Shown here in pieces: positions 1 to 14,239 of a stretch of 64,000 nt of DNA (the stretch's first letter is position 1; the number at the start of each line of letters is the position of its first letter). The notes below the pieces were generated by a model that saw only the letters and a list, made by a program, of their open reading frames with translations, made no database searches and had not been told where the DNA came from. This stretch comes from Bigelowiella natans CCMP2755 (Eukaryota > Protista > Cercozoa), in assembly GCA_000320545.1 (NCBI GenBank), contig ADNK01002519.1, positions 124,001-188,000 of the forward strand, read 5' to 3'. The position numbers were made by a program, and so were the translations under genes.

Positions 1-1082
1 AACTCCTTACCGATTCCTTGGCTGTGGCGAGGAATTCAGAACTTCGATTTTCCGACATGATGAGCACGGTCATCTCTTCTATCACAGCTGCAAGTCATGT
101 TGTTGCGCATTCGGCAGAGTCAACAACGGACGACAGCGTTGGAACTGAAAGACTGGATAACATATTAGCGACGAATTTGGGGGACATTCTATTCGATATT
201 CCGTTTATCGTTCTCAATCACTCAGCAGTTGGGGAACAGAGTAGTGTTGGTTCGAGCATAGGGAACCGAAAACAATCAATTCATTTCGCCTGTCGGCGAC
301 TATATTCCAAGGACCTAGCGGGAACAGCTCTGAGCACTCAATCCTCCACCGCAACAGTTGCTTTTCTAAATAGTTCAATAAACTCTTCAACGATTCAAAT
401 ATCTTTAATCGGCATCAAGGAGGATCCTCTTTATTTTATTACTAAGAATGAAACTATAATATATGGTGGTGCAAGCATGGTGCAGATATGCGAAGAGAGT
501 GTGGAGGGAGCCAGTCAAACGCGTAGTGTATGCAAAGCGTGTTCAGCTAAGAATCTACAAAGGAGCAGAGAGAACGCCTCTTGTCTGGCAGACAGTTCTT
601 CAATCACAAATTTCACATTCACAATTCCTGTTGGCGCAGGGGGTACTGTGGATTCTTCGAGCGGCCTTGTTTCCAAGCCCGTCCTCTGGAATGGAAGTAG
701 CTGGCAAAGACGTGAAATACGAGTTAAGACTCCAAACGGATCGCGTAGCCTGTATGAGACGAGCACCAATTCCCCTCGAAGGCTCACATTTTCAAACTCT
801 TGGGTCCACATAGAGGTAATAGTTTCACACTCTCCTTGATTTTTATAACCCTTTTTGTCTCAGCTCAACACCTATGACGAGGCCACGCTGAGAAATCCAG
901 ATATCTACGATCCCAGAAAAAATGGAGCTTTAGCCTTTGTACTGGGTTTGCTAGTTGCGTACGTTGTCCTGTTCGTCGTTGCGTACTTCTACGATGGCCG
1001 GTAAGTTTTGAAGTTTACAGATATTTGTGCGTTCTTTACTGTGTATACACCTCATAGAGGAGAAAGAGAAGAGGGAGACAGA

Positions 1083-1125
<43 letters not shown>

Positions 1126-3066
1126 TTGAAGAGTAAGTAGAGTTAGACAAACAGGGGAATAGGCGGAGGACAGGAGCTGAAATTCACACTTTGCAGTAAC
1201 TCGATGGACTTTGAGGAAATAGTGGCTAGGGAAAAGAGCTTCTGGAGAGAGCTCAACTCCAACAAAAAAGCTAAAATGGATAAGGTTGAACAATTGAGTT
1301 TTAAGTGTATTTGCACGTTACGTTTCTTACATAACTGACATTCATACTTAAATCGATGGATGAGACCGCGTCCATGCATATGCTTCTGCTCAATTTCACC
1401 ATATCATTATGTATGTTGTATGCTTATCCAGCGTGCCTCAACAATACCTACATAGTATTTTTTTCGTGGAAAATGACTAGTTGGTATAACTCTTAGTGTA
1501 TGAACATGGTTAGTAGATACGTGATGTGCTTCTTCTGTGCTCAACATATTTTGTATGCATTGATGTCATATGTTTGCGTGTATGTTTCTGCCTCTGTGTA
1601 TAAAATATATTTACATATACCTAATATAACTCAGGATCGCTCCTGTAAGAGCCTCTGCTTTTCTCTACGTTGGGGTTTGCGGTCCACGCACCCGTGGTCA
1701 TCAGTTATCATGCGCCATCCTGGGGACTTTATGAACAGTCAAAAACGGCTAACAGCTCTGTTCGTCACACTTCTGAACACGACGGTTATCCACAGATTAA
1801 TTTTCAGACAAAATCTTCTGATGAATATCTGCTTTTAATGTTGGCAACTGTTGACCTGAATCTCTCTCATACTCATCTCGTATCCAGACTGTAGTCGCTC
1901 TTCTTCTCGGAACTAATCAGAGAATTTTATTCCTCAATAATTTCTACTCTACGATGATTGTTGCATTCATCATTGGCTACCCAATACCATTCACATTTGG
2001 AAAGCTCTTGCAACGAACCAAGCCAAGGTCACTTCGGTTAAAGGTAAACTGCTTTATTCGGGTAGTTGTTAGACATGTGTGACCGTTAACTCTCTCTCTC
2101 TCTCTCTCTCTCCCCCTCTCTTTCTCTTAGCTTCAGGCGACACAGGATTGGATATCAAAAATTCCTTGCCTGCTTTTCCTGTGTAGCCTCTTTATAAGTC
2201 AAGAGGCTGGTATCGGAGAAACGATTGAAGGTGAAAATGCAGATGCCGAAGTTGAATACGAAGACGAGGGCGAAGGGGGAGATGCCAAAGTTAATGGGGA
2301 TGACAACCCAGATGAAATTGAGCAGAAACTAGCCCCCGGACAAATTCTGAACAAAAGTGTCTCCCTTCACATGTCACCTATCGGGAAACAAATTGAGCGC
2401 TCCGACACTCTATTTGGTGTTGCTCTTAATCCACTAAACCCATTGCTTAGGACACAGGAATGGGCCTGTTTGGATGTGATAACTATTATCTTTGCTTTCT
2501 TCATAATGCTTGGATGTTCCTTTGTCATAGCCACGCTCTTGTGGCAGGTTGAGGGGAACAACAGTGAATTATGGAGCTCCGCCCTTGCTTCGTTTGGAAA
2601 CGACATCTGTATGAGATTCTTTGCTCTCTTCATCATAGATTCCATTTTCCTTTTCCCACTCTGTCTTGAAAAAAAAAGCAGAGTTCGAACACTAAAGGAA
2701 CCGGGGTGCAGGGAAACGGTGACAGTGAGTTCAGATGCCAAGACCTGTTTGCTTGATAAAAACTCGCGAGTTTTGTATGTGTTCGATGCTGGAGAGCAAT
2801 TAGGAATCAAAAAAGGGTGGCGAGTCCTGGAGGTAAATGGGAAACAAGTCGAGAACGCATCCCAAGCGAAGGCAGAAATTCAATTAGCACATGCAACAGC
2901 TCCAAGCTTTGAGGTTTCGTTCGAGATAGATCAAACAGTGGTTGATCAAGCAACGGAGGATGAAGAACATTGCCCTTCAGTAATTCGAGACATGCATAGT
3001 AGAAGCAGGAGTGTCGTAGCAATTTCATCATCAATTTTGCTGGGTAAACACGTGGAAACAAAGTAA
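1..3066 (+). CDS. Polycystin-1/REJ-like multi-pass membrane protein with a degenerate GPS-like region and a C-terminal PDZ domain; multi-exon, 5' end lies outside the window
   Basis: The frame is open from the window start to a donor near 815. The next exon gives LNTYDEATLRNPDIYDPRKNGALAFVLGLLVAYVVLFVVAYFYD (first TM). The exon near 1635-1785 gives LRSTHPWSSVIMRHPGDFMNSQKRLTALFVTLLNT, matching the PKD1-family H-x-W-x-S...F...QR TM signature. ORF 2371-3066 has further TMs, then AGEQLGIKKGWRVLEVNG (PDZ-like). Confidence 0.7.
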
Positions 3067-4076
3067 AGTGCACTGAATGAAGCACCTCACAAGAAAGAGA
3101 AGACTGTAGCAACCCACAACAATGCAACGCTGACGATGCATGAACATTTGGCAGACATTAGCCGAGCACCGAAGCTGGCACCGCGCACACAGCGCGCGCG
3201 CATGCCAGAACAACTTGAACATGTGGAACTCCCCACGCAAAAAAACACCATTCCATTTGCTCTGGGCCGAGCATCGTGCGGTAGAAGCCAATGACCATCA
3301 ATGGCCTACAGGCGTGTGTGTCTGTGCGTATGCAACACACATGTACGAGCAGTTACCACTTGGCAATTTTTGGTACATGTGCATGTCTTTTTGGTGCATG
3401 TGTAGACGTGAACATGGCACATGTGCTCTTTTTAGTACACGTGGTGTGCCTGGGTACATGTGTTCCTTACGCGTACACGTATATGGACATAATGTCCATA
3501 TATTCATGTGTGCTTTCTGCACACATGTCTACAGGGGCATACATCGTAGATCTGGTACGGTGTGCTGGAGGTGTGCTCTTCCACAAATGTGTAAATGCAC
3601 ATTGTGACATGCACCACTAGACCATGCAAGTTGCACAGTTGCACAGCGTGCATGCAAGAACTACGTACACGCCGATAGCCATTCAATGTACGTCTACAGG
3701 CAACAAGACTGAACACATGACTGCTGCAATGCTAGAATGCCCAGCCAGGCTAATTGTGCTCATTGTTTGGCCGTAACTTGCCGCCGCGTACATCGTGTAG
3801 CGCGCACCATGCAAATAATTGGCTAGTAGGCGTTGACTACGTACGTGCATGCATGCGTCCACAAATGCCATACATCTAAACATACACGTCATGCTGATGT
3901 GCTCGGTATCGTATGAGATTGATTTTCTGTCTCTTCCCCAATCACCATAAAATTTGTTGCAACATTCATACCTTCCCACAATACTCTCCTACATCTTTTA
4001 CATTCTAGATTCTATTTTCGCGCCGAAGTACTTCAACAATGAGACCTAAGTTGTGATACGGAAAAAAAAATTAATT

Positions 4077-4599
4077 TCACAGCAACGATCGCCACGCCAT
4101 CAAGTTCTGCACCTCAAACTCGTTTGGTCCATGAAAAGCTTCGAAACCGAACTTGTTTAAGCTGGACATCCATTCTGAATAATAAAGGAGAAAAGGACCA
4201 GCTTAGGGACTTCCAAATCACACAACGAGTGATGGAATCGAATACCTTTCATGTCGATTTGGCCATCTCCTTGGCCCTTCACTGACATCTTTCCAATGGA
4301 TCTCTGCGTTAGAAAAAGTAAGTCTTCCCTAACCCCTTCGTATATTAGAACACTACCGTCATCCCGACATCAAGAGAGATAATTCTTTTTAACATATCTT
4401 GTTTCTAATCCAAAAAAACATTATTAATCTTACAGGAAGGGATTTAAATACACCGCAATGGTAAAGTGTCTTCAGAACCTGCTCTTTTGTAAAACTCGGC
4501 AGAGTAAGATCGATCATATCCTGGAGGGAGACAGATTGAGAAAAATTGGCAATAATAGATAAGGAAATACAGAACGAAAGAGAGATAGAAATAGGGGGG

Positions 4600-4643
<44 letters not shown>

Positions 4644-5837
4644 CAGTAACTAAGAGATGAGGACAGTTATAAATAATATTTGTATCCACATCCACCGTAA
4701 GTTCCTCGGGAGAGAGAGTCCCGTTCTTGTCAGCATCCATGAGCTGAAAGGTATAGTGAGGGGGTTTTTAGTTGACCATACCAAATACATTGAAAGAGAT
4801 TAAGATACCTTAAATAGGCGTTCCATTCTCTTTTCAGGATCATCATGAGCCATTGCTGTACAATAAACGTTCAATCGATTAGGTTGGCGTTTCGCTATTC
4901 AGGGAAGAATCGTCACCATTGAGAGCGATTACGAACTCTGGGAAGTCAATGATTTGATCATCTATATTCAGAAACACAGCAGCGAGTAAATGCACAAGTC
5001 AGTAACTAACAGAAAATAGGTTTCAATGGAGTCAACACCATTCGAATCGAATGCCCGGATCATCTTGTCGATCACGTATTTAGTACGATCCTTGCCTTCC
5101 GCTTTGAAGAAGAAGTTGCACTCACTGTATACTTCCTCATATACGCTACGCAATCTGATGGGTTTTATAAAATGGTTTATCCCTTGGAGCTTAACAAAAA
5201 AACAACAAAAGATTCTTACGTTTTATGCTTGATGCAACCTTTGTGCTAGAAAGAAACAGTGTAGTATTAGGATTTGGTTCACGATATGTAAAAGAGAATC
5301 TCATTAGTTACGTCGTCTTCAATCAATGTGTAATATTTTGCGTAGATCGCTCGAAGCTCATCAACCGAGACTAAAACATATCAATCATAAGAATTTGAAA
5401 GACTGCATTCTGCTGCTGTGAACATTACATTTGATCGAAGGGCAGGACGCAAGGTTATGCAAGATTGTCCTTTGAAATCTGAAGAAATCCAATTTCCCCA
5501 GGTATTTGCACTAAATACATTCTATTCAGTATCTAAGATAACGATCATTCTAATGAACTCACTCGTTTGATTCGCTTTTCTTCCTCTTCTCCGGAAAAAA
5601 AAGATCTGGTTAGGGTACATATATGTTTCGATTCTGCTGTATGAAGGTGAAAACTTTGTTTCCTCAAGATGTGCACCTTGCCACTGAAAAAAGTACTCCC
5701 ACTGATATGCCAGAGGCCTTTGAATCATCCATGGGTCAAACATAGATCCGCATTCGACGACTAATAGATACTGACGATTTTACCAGTCCAGCGAGCATCC
5801 AGTATTTGTTTTTTGTGACAAACGAGGAAGCCGACAT
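4077..5837 (-). CDS. EF-hand calcium-binding protein (calcineurin B/neuronal calcium sensor-like); many small exons, start approximate
   Basis: Spliced exons give MIRAFDSNDDQIIDFPEFVIAL, DDPEKRMERLF, LMDADKNGTLSPEELT and GDGQIDMK. The last exon reads EWMSSLNKFGFEAFHGPNEFEVQNLMAWRSLL* with the stop at 4077-4079. Confidence 0.75.
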
Positions 5838-6491
5838 CTTTACTTTAACACGAGTGTAGACCGGACAAATTGTTTTTGATGAGGCTGCGAAAGGTGGTGG
5901 TGGGTGGGGCTAATAAGTGCGCAACCGGGAAACAAAAGACAAACGTTAAAATAAGCTGATCTGGTCTAAAATTCTAGGATATTCACGGTATGGAAGTATG
6001 TCTATCCGAACAAAGTGCTTTGTGATGAGATAGACAACAATGTCTCGCTCGCAAATGAGAAAAGTTAGATTATTACGGTTGTTACGGCGTTGGGCCGCGT
6101 TGGGATTTATTGACGCGAAACGGATTTCGAGAGGTCCTCGGGAGATGATAGTTTTCCAGTTCGCCGTTGAGTTTTTTGGAAAGACAGAAAATGAACGTAA
6201 AAGGATGGTATTTCAAATCTGCGACAACCTGAGAAAAGGTGAGTCGGAGCGGCTGTGGGCAAAGGCAGATTCAACGCAAGCAACACAGGTAGATCTAGCT
6301 TGCTCGTTACCTTTAGTCCACCTTACTGACCTTGAGTAGAGTCAGGAGCTACGCCATAGACATATCTAAAATAAAGAAATAGGTGCCTTAAGCTTCATAC
6401 TTTAGAAGGCAACAGTTGCTAAGTTTACCATTTTATACCTGAAGGTAATCGGAGAAAATAGGAAAGAGAACTTCATCATCTTCTCATCATC

Positions 6492-9400
6492 ATGTCGCTG
6501 ATCAACACCAAGATCACGAGACAGGGGTTGATGAAAAAGGCCCCCTCTGCAAAGGAAAAAGATGAAGTTCGAAAGGGCAAATGGCAGGAACGATGGTTCG
6601 TACTCAAGAAGACGACACTGTTCTACTACAAAAAGAGGGGGGATTCAAGGCCAAAAGGTGAAATCGACCTTCGCGCAGCTCTCATTGAAGATGCCGACGT
6701 GAAGACACGGAAAGAATTTACTATTCGAATTCATCAAGCTACGCAGATATTTAATTACCTCCAATGCAGTAGTCAGGCGGAGAAGGATGCATGGCTCGAT
6801 GATATTAAGACAGCAGCAGGCTACAAGGAAGTGCAGGTGGACGAGCAAGTACGGGCAAATGAATACTTTGCGAGCTTTGGCGTGCTTAAACAGGGAATAG
6901 ACGGAAATCTTCGTCGCGTTGTGTTGATTCCTGATGAAAAAAAACAGCTTGTGCATGTAGCATTCGAGCAGCAATTCGTAAAGAGATACTCAACCGGGAT
7001 GGTCCGCAAGGCTGTAGCTAGCAAGGATGTCACAGTATCCAACTTCTTCGAGGTAAGGCTTGTCTTGTGTCCAGATCCACGCCTTCCAAATGATCTGAAG
7101 GAGAAGGTGTTCTATGTGGCAAGCAGAGATGAGGCACATGCGTGCGCCTCTCTCTTGAACAACTTCTGCCAAGGAGATAGGTCCAAAATACAAGATCTAT
7201 CCAATGCCGGGCCAAAGCAAAAAGGATTCCTTGAGATGCAGGGATTGGCCGAACGAGCATGGGTGAGATTGTGGGCAGTTCTTACTGAGAAGCGTTGCCT
7301 CCTGTACAACTCGGTAGACGACACAATTCCGGTATGGGTCGTTTGGATATCGGAGAAACCGACCAGAGAAGGAAGGTGTGGTCTTTCCTTCAAAGATCCG
7401 CATCAAGTATGGAACTTTAGATTTGAGGATCCTGCAGAGCGAGATGACTGGGCAAAAGCTTTTGAATCGGTCTCAAGATCGTTTGAACAGCAATTGACGG
7501 CTCAGCTGGATAATATCGAAATCGATACTAGAGTCCAAGGGGACCCTGAGATGCAGAAAGCTGTCAACGAGGATATGGTGCGAAGTAGCAAGAAGATATT
7601 GGACTCTAGCTCATCATACGTCGTGACCTGGGGTTAGTGATTCAAAGAACACCGACATACAAACGAACGATAATAATAATGGAAACACGCACACAATACA
7701 CAAAATGCAATACACAGTATACACACAATACATACAAACACATACAAACACATACAATACATATACGCATACATAAGTGTGCGTGCGTGTACGTGTGTGT
7801 GTGTGTGTGTGTGTATGTGTGTGTAAATCTGTAATATGTGTGCATGAACTTGACTCCTTTCATTTTCCACTTCGACAGAACGATACGTTTTGTGCATTCA
7901 ACAAAAAGAAAATCCTAATATTTTGAACCATCCCAAAATGATAAGGTCAAGGAAGGGGAGGGCAGCTAGGAAATGGCTTATCGCAGGGCACTTCGTATCC
8001 ACAGCTGGCAAGGCTGCTTGCTGACAAGAAAGTCAGAGCTGTTTGCGCCGGGGCAGCGTTTGGTTGTGCGATTACGCGACATGGCCAATGCTACGCTTGG
8101 GGTTCTGGGAAACATGGAGAACTAGGCCTCGGAGAACATACGCTCAAGAAGAATTATCCCTGCCTTGTTGTGTCTTTGAGGTCTACCTCGGTGAACTCCG
8201 TGTCGTGTGGGCGTGCTCATGTACTAGCTCTCACCGGCAATGGACAAATCTTCAGTTGGGGTGGTGGCGATCGAGGTCAGCTTGGCCATGGCGGGACAGC
8301 AAATCAGTACAAACCTAAGATACTCTCCTTCTTCCGTGACTTAAAGATGGGAAGTGGAAGTAAATCCGAAGCTGCGACAGTGATTCAAATATCTGCAGGG
8401 GGTAAACATTCAGCTGCACTACTAGAAGGCCACACCCAGTGTTACGTATGGGGAGATAATAGCCACGGCCAATTGGGGGTAGCAGCAGATTTGGGTGAAA
8501 GAGTCCTTCGTCCAGTGCCGGTGCGCATGTTTTCAGGCCAAGGAACTGAGGGAGGAACTCGATCCTGCGCTGTTGTCGATTGTGGAGAGCATACTACAGC
8601 ATTCCTTGCAACGTAAGAAGAACAAATAAACTGGATTTCTTCTGAACGAACATAGTTAACTATGTACTAACCGAGTTGATCTGAGTTTTTAGCTCATTGA
8701 GGAGTATGCAACGCTTTTTTTGTCATCGTTTTTGCTACTACGAAGGTCCGGAGAACTTTTCATGTGTGGGTCGAATAGCCATGGACAGCTTGGCCTTGGA
8801 GATACAAATGACAGAAGCAAGTAATGTTGATTATGAGGAGGGTGGTCATTAATTGTTGTTGTAAATCCTGATCATCATGATCATCATACATTGCTTTCCC
8901 AGGCCTACACTAATCGATTCATCAAACTTCGGCTCTGGTACTTTGGGCCAGGTAGAAGCAAGCTAATTCGAAGAGAGTAGCTTTGAAGATTATTGTGCGG
9001 AAGATGTTGTTATTAAGATATTGACAGCACCTACTATCACCGATAGTTCTCTCCTCCTCCTCCTCCTCCACCACCACCTCTCATTCTCCTCCTCTCACTA
9101 TTCTATCTATTGTTAATAATACGAAGGTTCGCCAAATCTCTTGCGGAGCACATCACACCTTGGCAGTAGCTGGAGGTCAGCTATTCGCTTGGGGAGCAGC
9201 AACACTCAACGGGCGGTCTCGTGGATCAACCACTCCTGGAAAACCCCTCGCCAATGCGAAGGTCGTGAAATATAGCCTAACCTCAAAACACACCCACTCA
9301 CCCACCATTTGTTGTTACAATGACCTGCTGTCTGTAACGACCATCTTCCTTCCTCAGTTCATCAGTGCTTCTGCAACGCACTCTTGCTTCATCGATATGA

Positions 9401-10275
9401 AGTATAACGTAATAGCCTTCGGAACGAATGAACATGGAGAGTTGGGTGTCGATGAGTCCGTGGAATCCAGGGGCATGGTTGAGGTCTGTTGCAATTATTA
9501 GTAGTCTGACTTCAATAATACTTGATATTCCAATAATAACTTTGACACCGAATGAATGTGCTGTGTTCGTCTTTTGTTATGTTTCAATTTAATCACAACT
9601 AGTTCGTCATAAGTTATTAGGTGTGTTGTTTACTCTTCCTTTTTTCTCCAGAGCAATCTCGATGATCCGCTGGAGTGTTTCTCTGTATCTTGTGGCGACC
9701 ATTTCTCAATCGCTCTGATGGAAGGAAAACGACCAGATAAACTCCATCGTAAGCACGTTTTCCTATACTGTAACAATTCAAATACATCCTAAATTTCGGC
9801 TGATCTCTTCATATATCTCCTCCCTAAAGGCGAACGAGAAAAAGATCAAAAGGCTGCGGAAGAGTATGCTAACATGCAGGCAGCAGAACTCCTCCATGCA
9901 AGTAAATCTATTCAAATTCGACATATGATGCAAGAAACCTTGAAGTTTAATAAATTTGTCACTTGTTCTTAATTAGTGGAACAACCGCAGCAAGCAACCA
10001 CTACCAGTTCAACTTCCCAATCGTCCACTAATGCGGGACAGGCGCCTGTTGCCAGCACAACTACTACTTCTGGCCCAGCAGCAGAGAAACATAAAACTGC
10101 CCCTTCCGCTCAGAAGAAGCAACCGCAATCGTCGCAAAAGCAAGGTGTTTGGAAAGAAGTCATGGATCCAAAGAGTGGTAGGCCCTACTACTATCATACA
10201 ATTACGCGTGAAACACGTTGGAAACGGCCAACTGATGGACTCCCCATTGTTAAAAAACACATGCCAAGGCAGTAA
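6492..10275 (+). CDS. PH-PH-PH / RCC1-repeat / WW domain protein; multi-exon
   Basis: Exon 1 has PH domains (RQGLMKK...WQERWFVL...KDAWLDDI and KGFLEM...WVRLWAVL...RDDWAKAF) with a PH-like segment between them. It splices in frame (VVTW/GQGRGGQLGNG) into RCC1 repeats (CGRAHVLAL...WGGGDRGQLGHG; SAGGKHSAAL...WGDNSHGQLG). The last exon has a WW domain, WKEVMDPKSGRPYYYHTITRETRWKRP. Confidence 0.85.
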
Positions 10276-11189
10276 TCACCACGGAGTGGCAAATACTACT
10301 ACCCATGAGCCATTGGAGCTGCACATCCCAACCAACACTCTAGCTTGTTGTCTTAGCTATTAAATTGCAAGGTAATTAAATCTGTAAATGATACGCGGGC
10401 GGGTGGTCGTGGATAACGAATTCGTACAAACATCTAGTCATCCTCTAAAGAATTTGGGCCAATGCAAGCACTCAACAAGTGCGGCGATCAATTTATTCCA
10501 TTGAAAAAATTTAGTTTATCTTGTAAATGCTATTTTCGGTGAGTGTGCGATGCCCTTTACACTCATTGCCGCATGCGATGCGAGTATAGCTCCAAATGGC
10601 TGGTCAATGAGCACTTTCATTCATTACATCCGTCCCATGTCGCTAGCAGCAGCGCTAAGCTTTGCACAAATGAAAGTTGTTTGCACAGAGCAACAATTTA
10701 GCTCACTTAGGAAACGTTGACTCGCAAAATGAAGTGCAACTTACTTACGACACGTGCGCATCAAAAGGAGCGAAGCGCGTTGACCAAAGAGACACATTGT
10801 CTGCTGCGTTGTGTGCAACCCCATGACTTCAGCGACATCGCAGCACATCTAGACATGATAATTGCTGCTTGCGTGGATCGAGTGCAAGTCAATGTTGTTC
10901 ACCACACAAATCTAATCGCTTCATTCTAAGCAACCAGAGTGGCTACATCCATCACTAGCTGCCAAGTGAACAGCCCATGCAGAGGTTACAGCCGTCTGCG
11001 ATGCATTGCAGAACCATGCTAGCATGGCAGATGCAGAACAACGACAAGCAGAACAAGGAGCAGCAGTGCTGATGCTGAGAATGGAACAAAAAAAAACTGA
11101 GCCGATGAGGAAAATGGCTCGTTCGCACGAGAATGGGTCCCTTTTCGAACTAAGTGAAAATTGATTTGTGTCATCAATGATTTCTCATT

Positions 11190-11290
<101 letters not shown>

Positions 11291-11648
11291 GTCTTCTTCT
11301 TCTTCTTTTTCTCTTTCCTCCTCCTCATCCTTCACCCTTCGCACCTGACTAGAAAACACACTTTCTCGTAGAAAAAGATGAAGTCACTTGTTGTAGCCGT
11401 CAATCGTGGGTTCGGACGGAAGGCTAAAACGGACGATTGGCCCATAGCTCGTGCATGAAGCAAGACCATGGTTGTGGTTTGGGGCTTTCTGTTCCGAACA
11501 GGAAAAATTCCATGAGAGCTCGGCAAAGAGGAGCGATTTCATCTCCTGCGACAGGCAATGTATCGTGACGCTAACATAAAAATCCCATTCGTTTAAACAA
11601 AAAAACACTGATAAGAATTAATCACACAGCCCTCCGACCATTCGAACG

Positions 11649-12365
11649 ATGAGGAATTCCTCCTATTCGGGCAAGCCTACTCTGCGGAGGGTTGTGCTGA
11701 GTGCTGACGTAAGTTTTAACTCTCTATACTGACGAAGAAAAGGAAGTAACCGTGACCTGTGTCTGATACTAAAACACGCGCAATCCATCTCATAGATCGC
11801 TCAGGCCTGTCTCTCGCACGCGTACATCACCGAAAAGGAGGAGATAATGGGCCTTCTTCTAGGGTGTGTTAAGCCTTCTAGTCATGAAGAAGGTAGATAC
11901 ACCTTTGGTGTAAGCTTCACTTACGCTGATATATCTATCGTTCATTCATATTATGGAAAATTGGTCTGCTCGTGTTGGCAACTTGCAGGAAAGCAAGAGG
12001 CGTGGATTTGGGGAACGAAGACTTTAAAGCGTTCCGACAAAAGAAAAGGTTTTACCTCTCTTCTTCCCGCCTAAGATGGTTTAGCTCTTCGCCGTGTTAT
12101 CACCTTTAAATACGTGGTGTTCGCCATATCACCAACCTAACTAGATCGTGTCGAAATCTCTCCGGAGCAGCTCTCAGAAGCTATTCCTTACGCGGAGTCA
12201 CTGGGGAAAAACTTCGGAAAGTAAACAACTTTGTTTTCGGGAGATAAATTTTAACCTTTTCATCGTTATATATGTAGAGCACGTATGATACGATGCAAAT
12301 TATGCGCACATGCACAGCTCACTACTTTTCATGAAGCCAATCTTATTGTAAGAGTACAGCCTAAC

Positions 12366-12411
<46 letters not shown>

Positions 12412-13848
12412 ACTTTCTCTCTTTCTGTGTGTACGCACGTGCGCATTTAAAGGGAGACCCGTATCGTAGGGTGGTATCATTCTCACCCACACATCACTGT
12501 ACTTCCATCCCATGTTGACGTAAGTACTCAGTTCCGATGGCAGGTTAGCTCCTCCCCCATTAATTTTTGAATATCCCCTTGTCCATATGAGAGAGAAGAG
12601 AGGAAAAGAAATACTTTTCTCCAAATCGAATTCTTGGCTCTTCTACTATTCAATGAAGGTAATGGATCCATCGTTCATCGGGTTGATATTCTCAGTATTC
12701 AATGAGGGGCAGCAGCAACACGAAGTCTGTGTACAATCACCCCTCTATCTTCTCCTTTTCATGGATGATTAAACGCCTCTTGCACGTGATGAAGATGGTA
12801 TATGCATGGTTTTGATGTGATGTTCGGATTTTTGTGTACGTTTCTGTTTTTCTGAGATAGCAAGGAAGTGGCGATAAACTGGAGATAATAGCTTTTCAAT
12901 CTGTCGATTGCAACAAGGAGTCGCCATTGGAATCCGAGATTCAGCAAAGGTTGGAGAGATTCGAAGTAGTAGCAGTCGTTGTTGCTTGTGTATAATTATT
13001 GTTGTTTTTTATGTTGTATATGTATGGGTGTAGGCATCACCAGAGAGGCTATTCTCATGAGTACCGTCAAATACCTATGGAGATATTGCCCCCAGCGCAA
13101 ATCTTTGGCCTAAATAAAAATTCGGTGTGCACTACTACAAGTAGTAATGTGAATAAATGTCTGTATAACCCTCTTCTCCCAGAAGTATCTATCTTATCCT
13201 TCGCGGTTAACATGCGAAGTCATATCAAAGTCGTACTGGTGATAAAATCTGCATGCCACTGAAGGTTGTTATTTGAAGTATGCTTTATTTATAACAGGTT
13301 ATCTCCTCGCGGCAGCATATGAGGGAAACGTTGCGCTATTTAGTTGCTCTCGCCGCTCAAGAAGAGCATGAAACATACCAGAAATATACTAAGAACACGT
13401 GCCAATCGAACGAGAGTCATACACAAAGTCTCCTCCGGAGCCAGACATCCAAGTTAAAAGAAAGAGCAACAGGCCGTAAGCGGCAAAGGAGTGGGGCCGG
13501 TGTTAATCCGGGCAATGGCGACCACAACGATGATGATGATGACGATGGTGGTGCGGGGAAAAGAGAGGCAAGCAGCAGCAGTGGAAACAACCTAGAGAAA
13601 GAAGGTTCAGGGGAAATGACAGAATGCAAAAGGAGAAGAATGACAAAGAGAGAGCTTGCTGATGAAAAATGGAAAGCAGAAACAAGAGGGAAAACAACAG
13701 CGACAAAGAGACAACATCAGCCTCTGTGTGCGAATAGGTGTAACAAGATAGATATTTTGCTCACACTGCTCTATCTTCTATGCCGTATTGATGGATGGAT
13801 AAATACATTCTTTCTGTGAGAATATATATAATATAAATACACACACAC

Positions 13849-13908
<60 letters not shown>

Positions 13909-14239
13909 GCGCGTAGACTTTCGATTCAAGACCTCTACAACTCTTCGGTTCGTAACAAAACACATACTCGTAATATTATATGCAAAGGCGATGCTGCGTG
14001 TTACTAATTCCTTCCCTACCACTCAGAGAACCCACACATACGCGCATTCATACACTACCAAGTAATTTTTAATGCACTCATGACTTTTATTACAATGGCA
14101 GATCTACGACAAATCTTTATGTATGTTGCTTGAGTACGTCGGATTCCCTTTGCTTCAGCTCTTGCGAATCAAGCAAGATCAGAACGAAGATTCTAAAACA
14201 TCTTCACCTCAGCCTAATGTCCCCCAGAAATCTTCATAG
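11649..14239 (+). CDS. BRCC3: BRCC36-like JAMM/MPN+ Lys63-specific deubiquitinase; multi-exon, start approximate
   Basis: Spliced exons give LRRVVLSAD-IAQACLSHAYITEKEEIMGLLLG, LKRSDKRK-DRVEISPEQLSEA, IVGWYHSHPHITVLPSHVDVSTQ (JAMM HxH...D), MDPSFIGLIFSVFNE and a C-terminal YDKSLCMLLEYVGFPLLQLL. All match the BRCC36 motifs I recall. Confidence 0.9.

Noticed and set aside
3140-3979. Cys/His/Met-rich short ORFs here and in the other spacers (e.g. 34740-35186, 57622-58462)
   Set aside because: By-products of TGCA/CATG/CACA composition, with no domain signal.
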